A DNA stretch of 64,000 nt, from the NCBI RefSeq assembly GCF_964355755.1, contig NC_092678.1:7208422-7272421 (forward strand). Direction: 5' to 3'. The notes below the pieces were generated by a model. That model saw only the letters and a list, made by a program, of their open reading frames with translations, searched no databases and was not told where the DNA came from. The position numbers and the translations under genes were made by a program. Within the stretch, counting starts at the first letter, position 1. Each line of letters opens with the position of its first letter. This document shows, in pieces, positions 63,953 to 64,000 of this stretch. This stretch comes from Antedon mediterranea. Lineage: Eukaryota; Animalia; Echinodermata.

Positions 63953-64000
63953 GTGAGTTTTAAAAACTATTCAACGTTGAATGTTTTGTTTTTGTGGAGC

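Overview
AT-rich, intron-containing animal DNA, probably from a marine invertebrate deuterostome (inferred from an ST8Sia-type sialyltransferase and a Deu/Nin-like SINE). I reconstructed three host genes by hand from GT-AG boundaries and exon phases. (1) A minus-strand alpha-2,8-sialyltransferase-like gene with 6 coding exons (529-13201); its last exon lies left of the window. (2) A minus-strand 9-exon gene (31873-39345, ~885 aa) that fuses Egalitarian-like winged-helix repeats and a degenerate EXD1/Egl-type DEDDy exonuclease to a Ycf45/SpoIIIAA-type P-loop ATPase, with a perfect kappaB site at its likely promoter. (3) The 5' part of a p38 MAP kinase gene (61090-63952, runs off the right end). 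Between the last two genes is a complete 15.3-kb Ginger1-type DNA transposon (45581-60864; TGT...ACA TIRs, CCGG TSD). It encodes an intact, spliced 847-aa Gypsy-like integrase fused to an OTU protease, and carries a solo LTR, foldback elements, tRNA-like repeats and a 3-kb satellite. A second, decayed Ginger-OTU element (39676-44178) lies upstream of the ATPase fusion gene's first coding exon, probably in intron 1. The rest is MITEs (Harbinger-, hAT- and P-like), nested Helentron-like elements, SINEs, an L2 LINE fragment and minisatellites. Family assignments come from motif recognition only; no searches were run.
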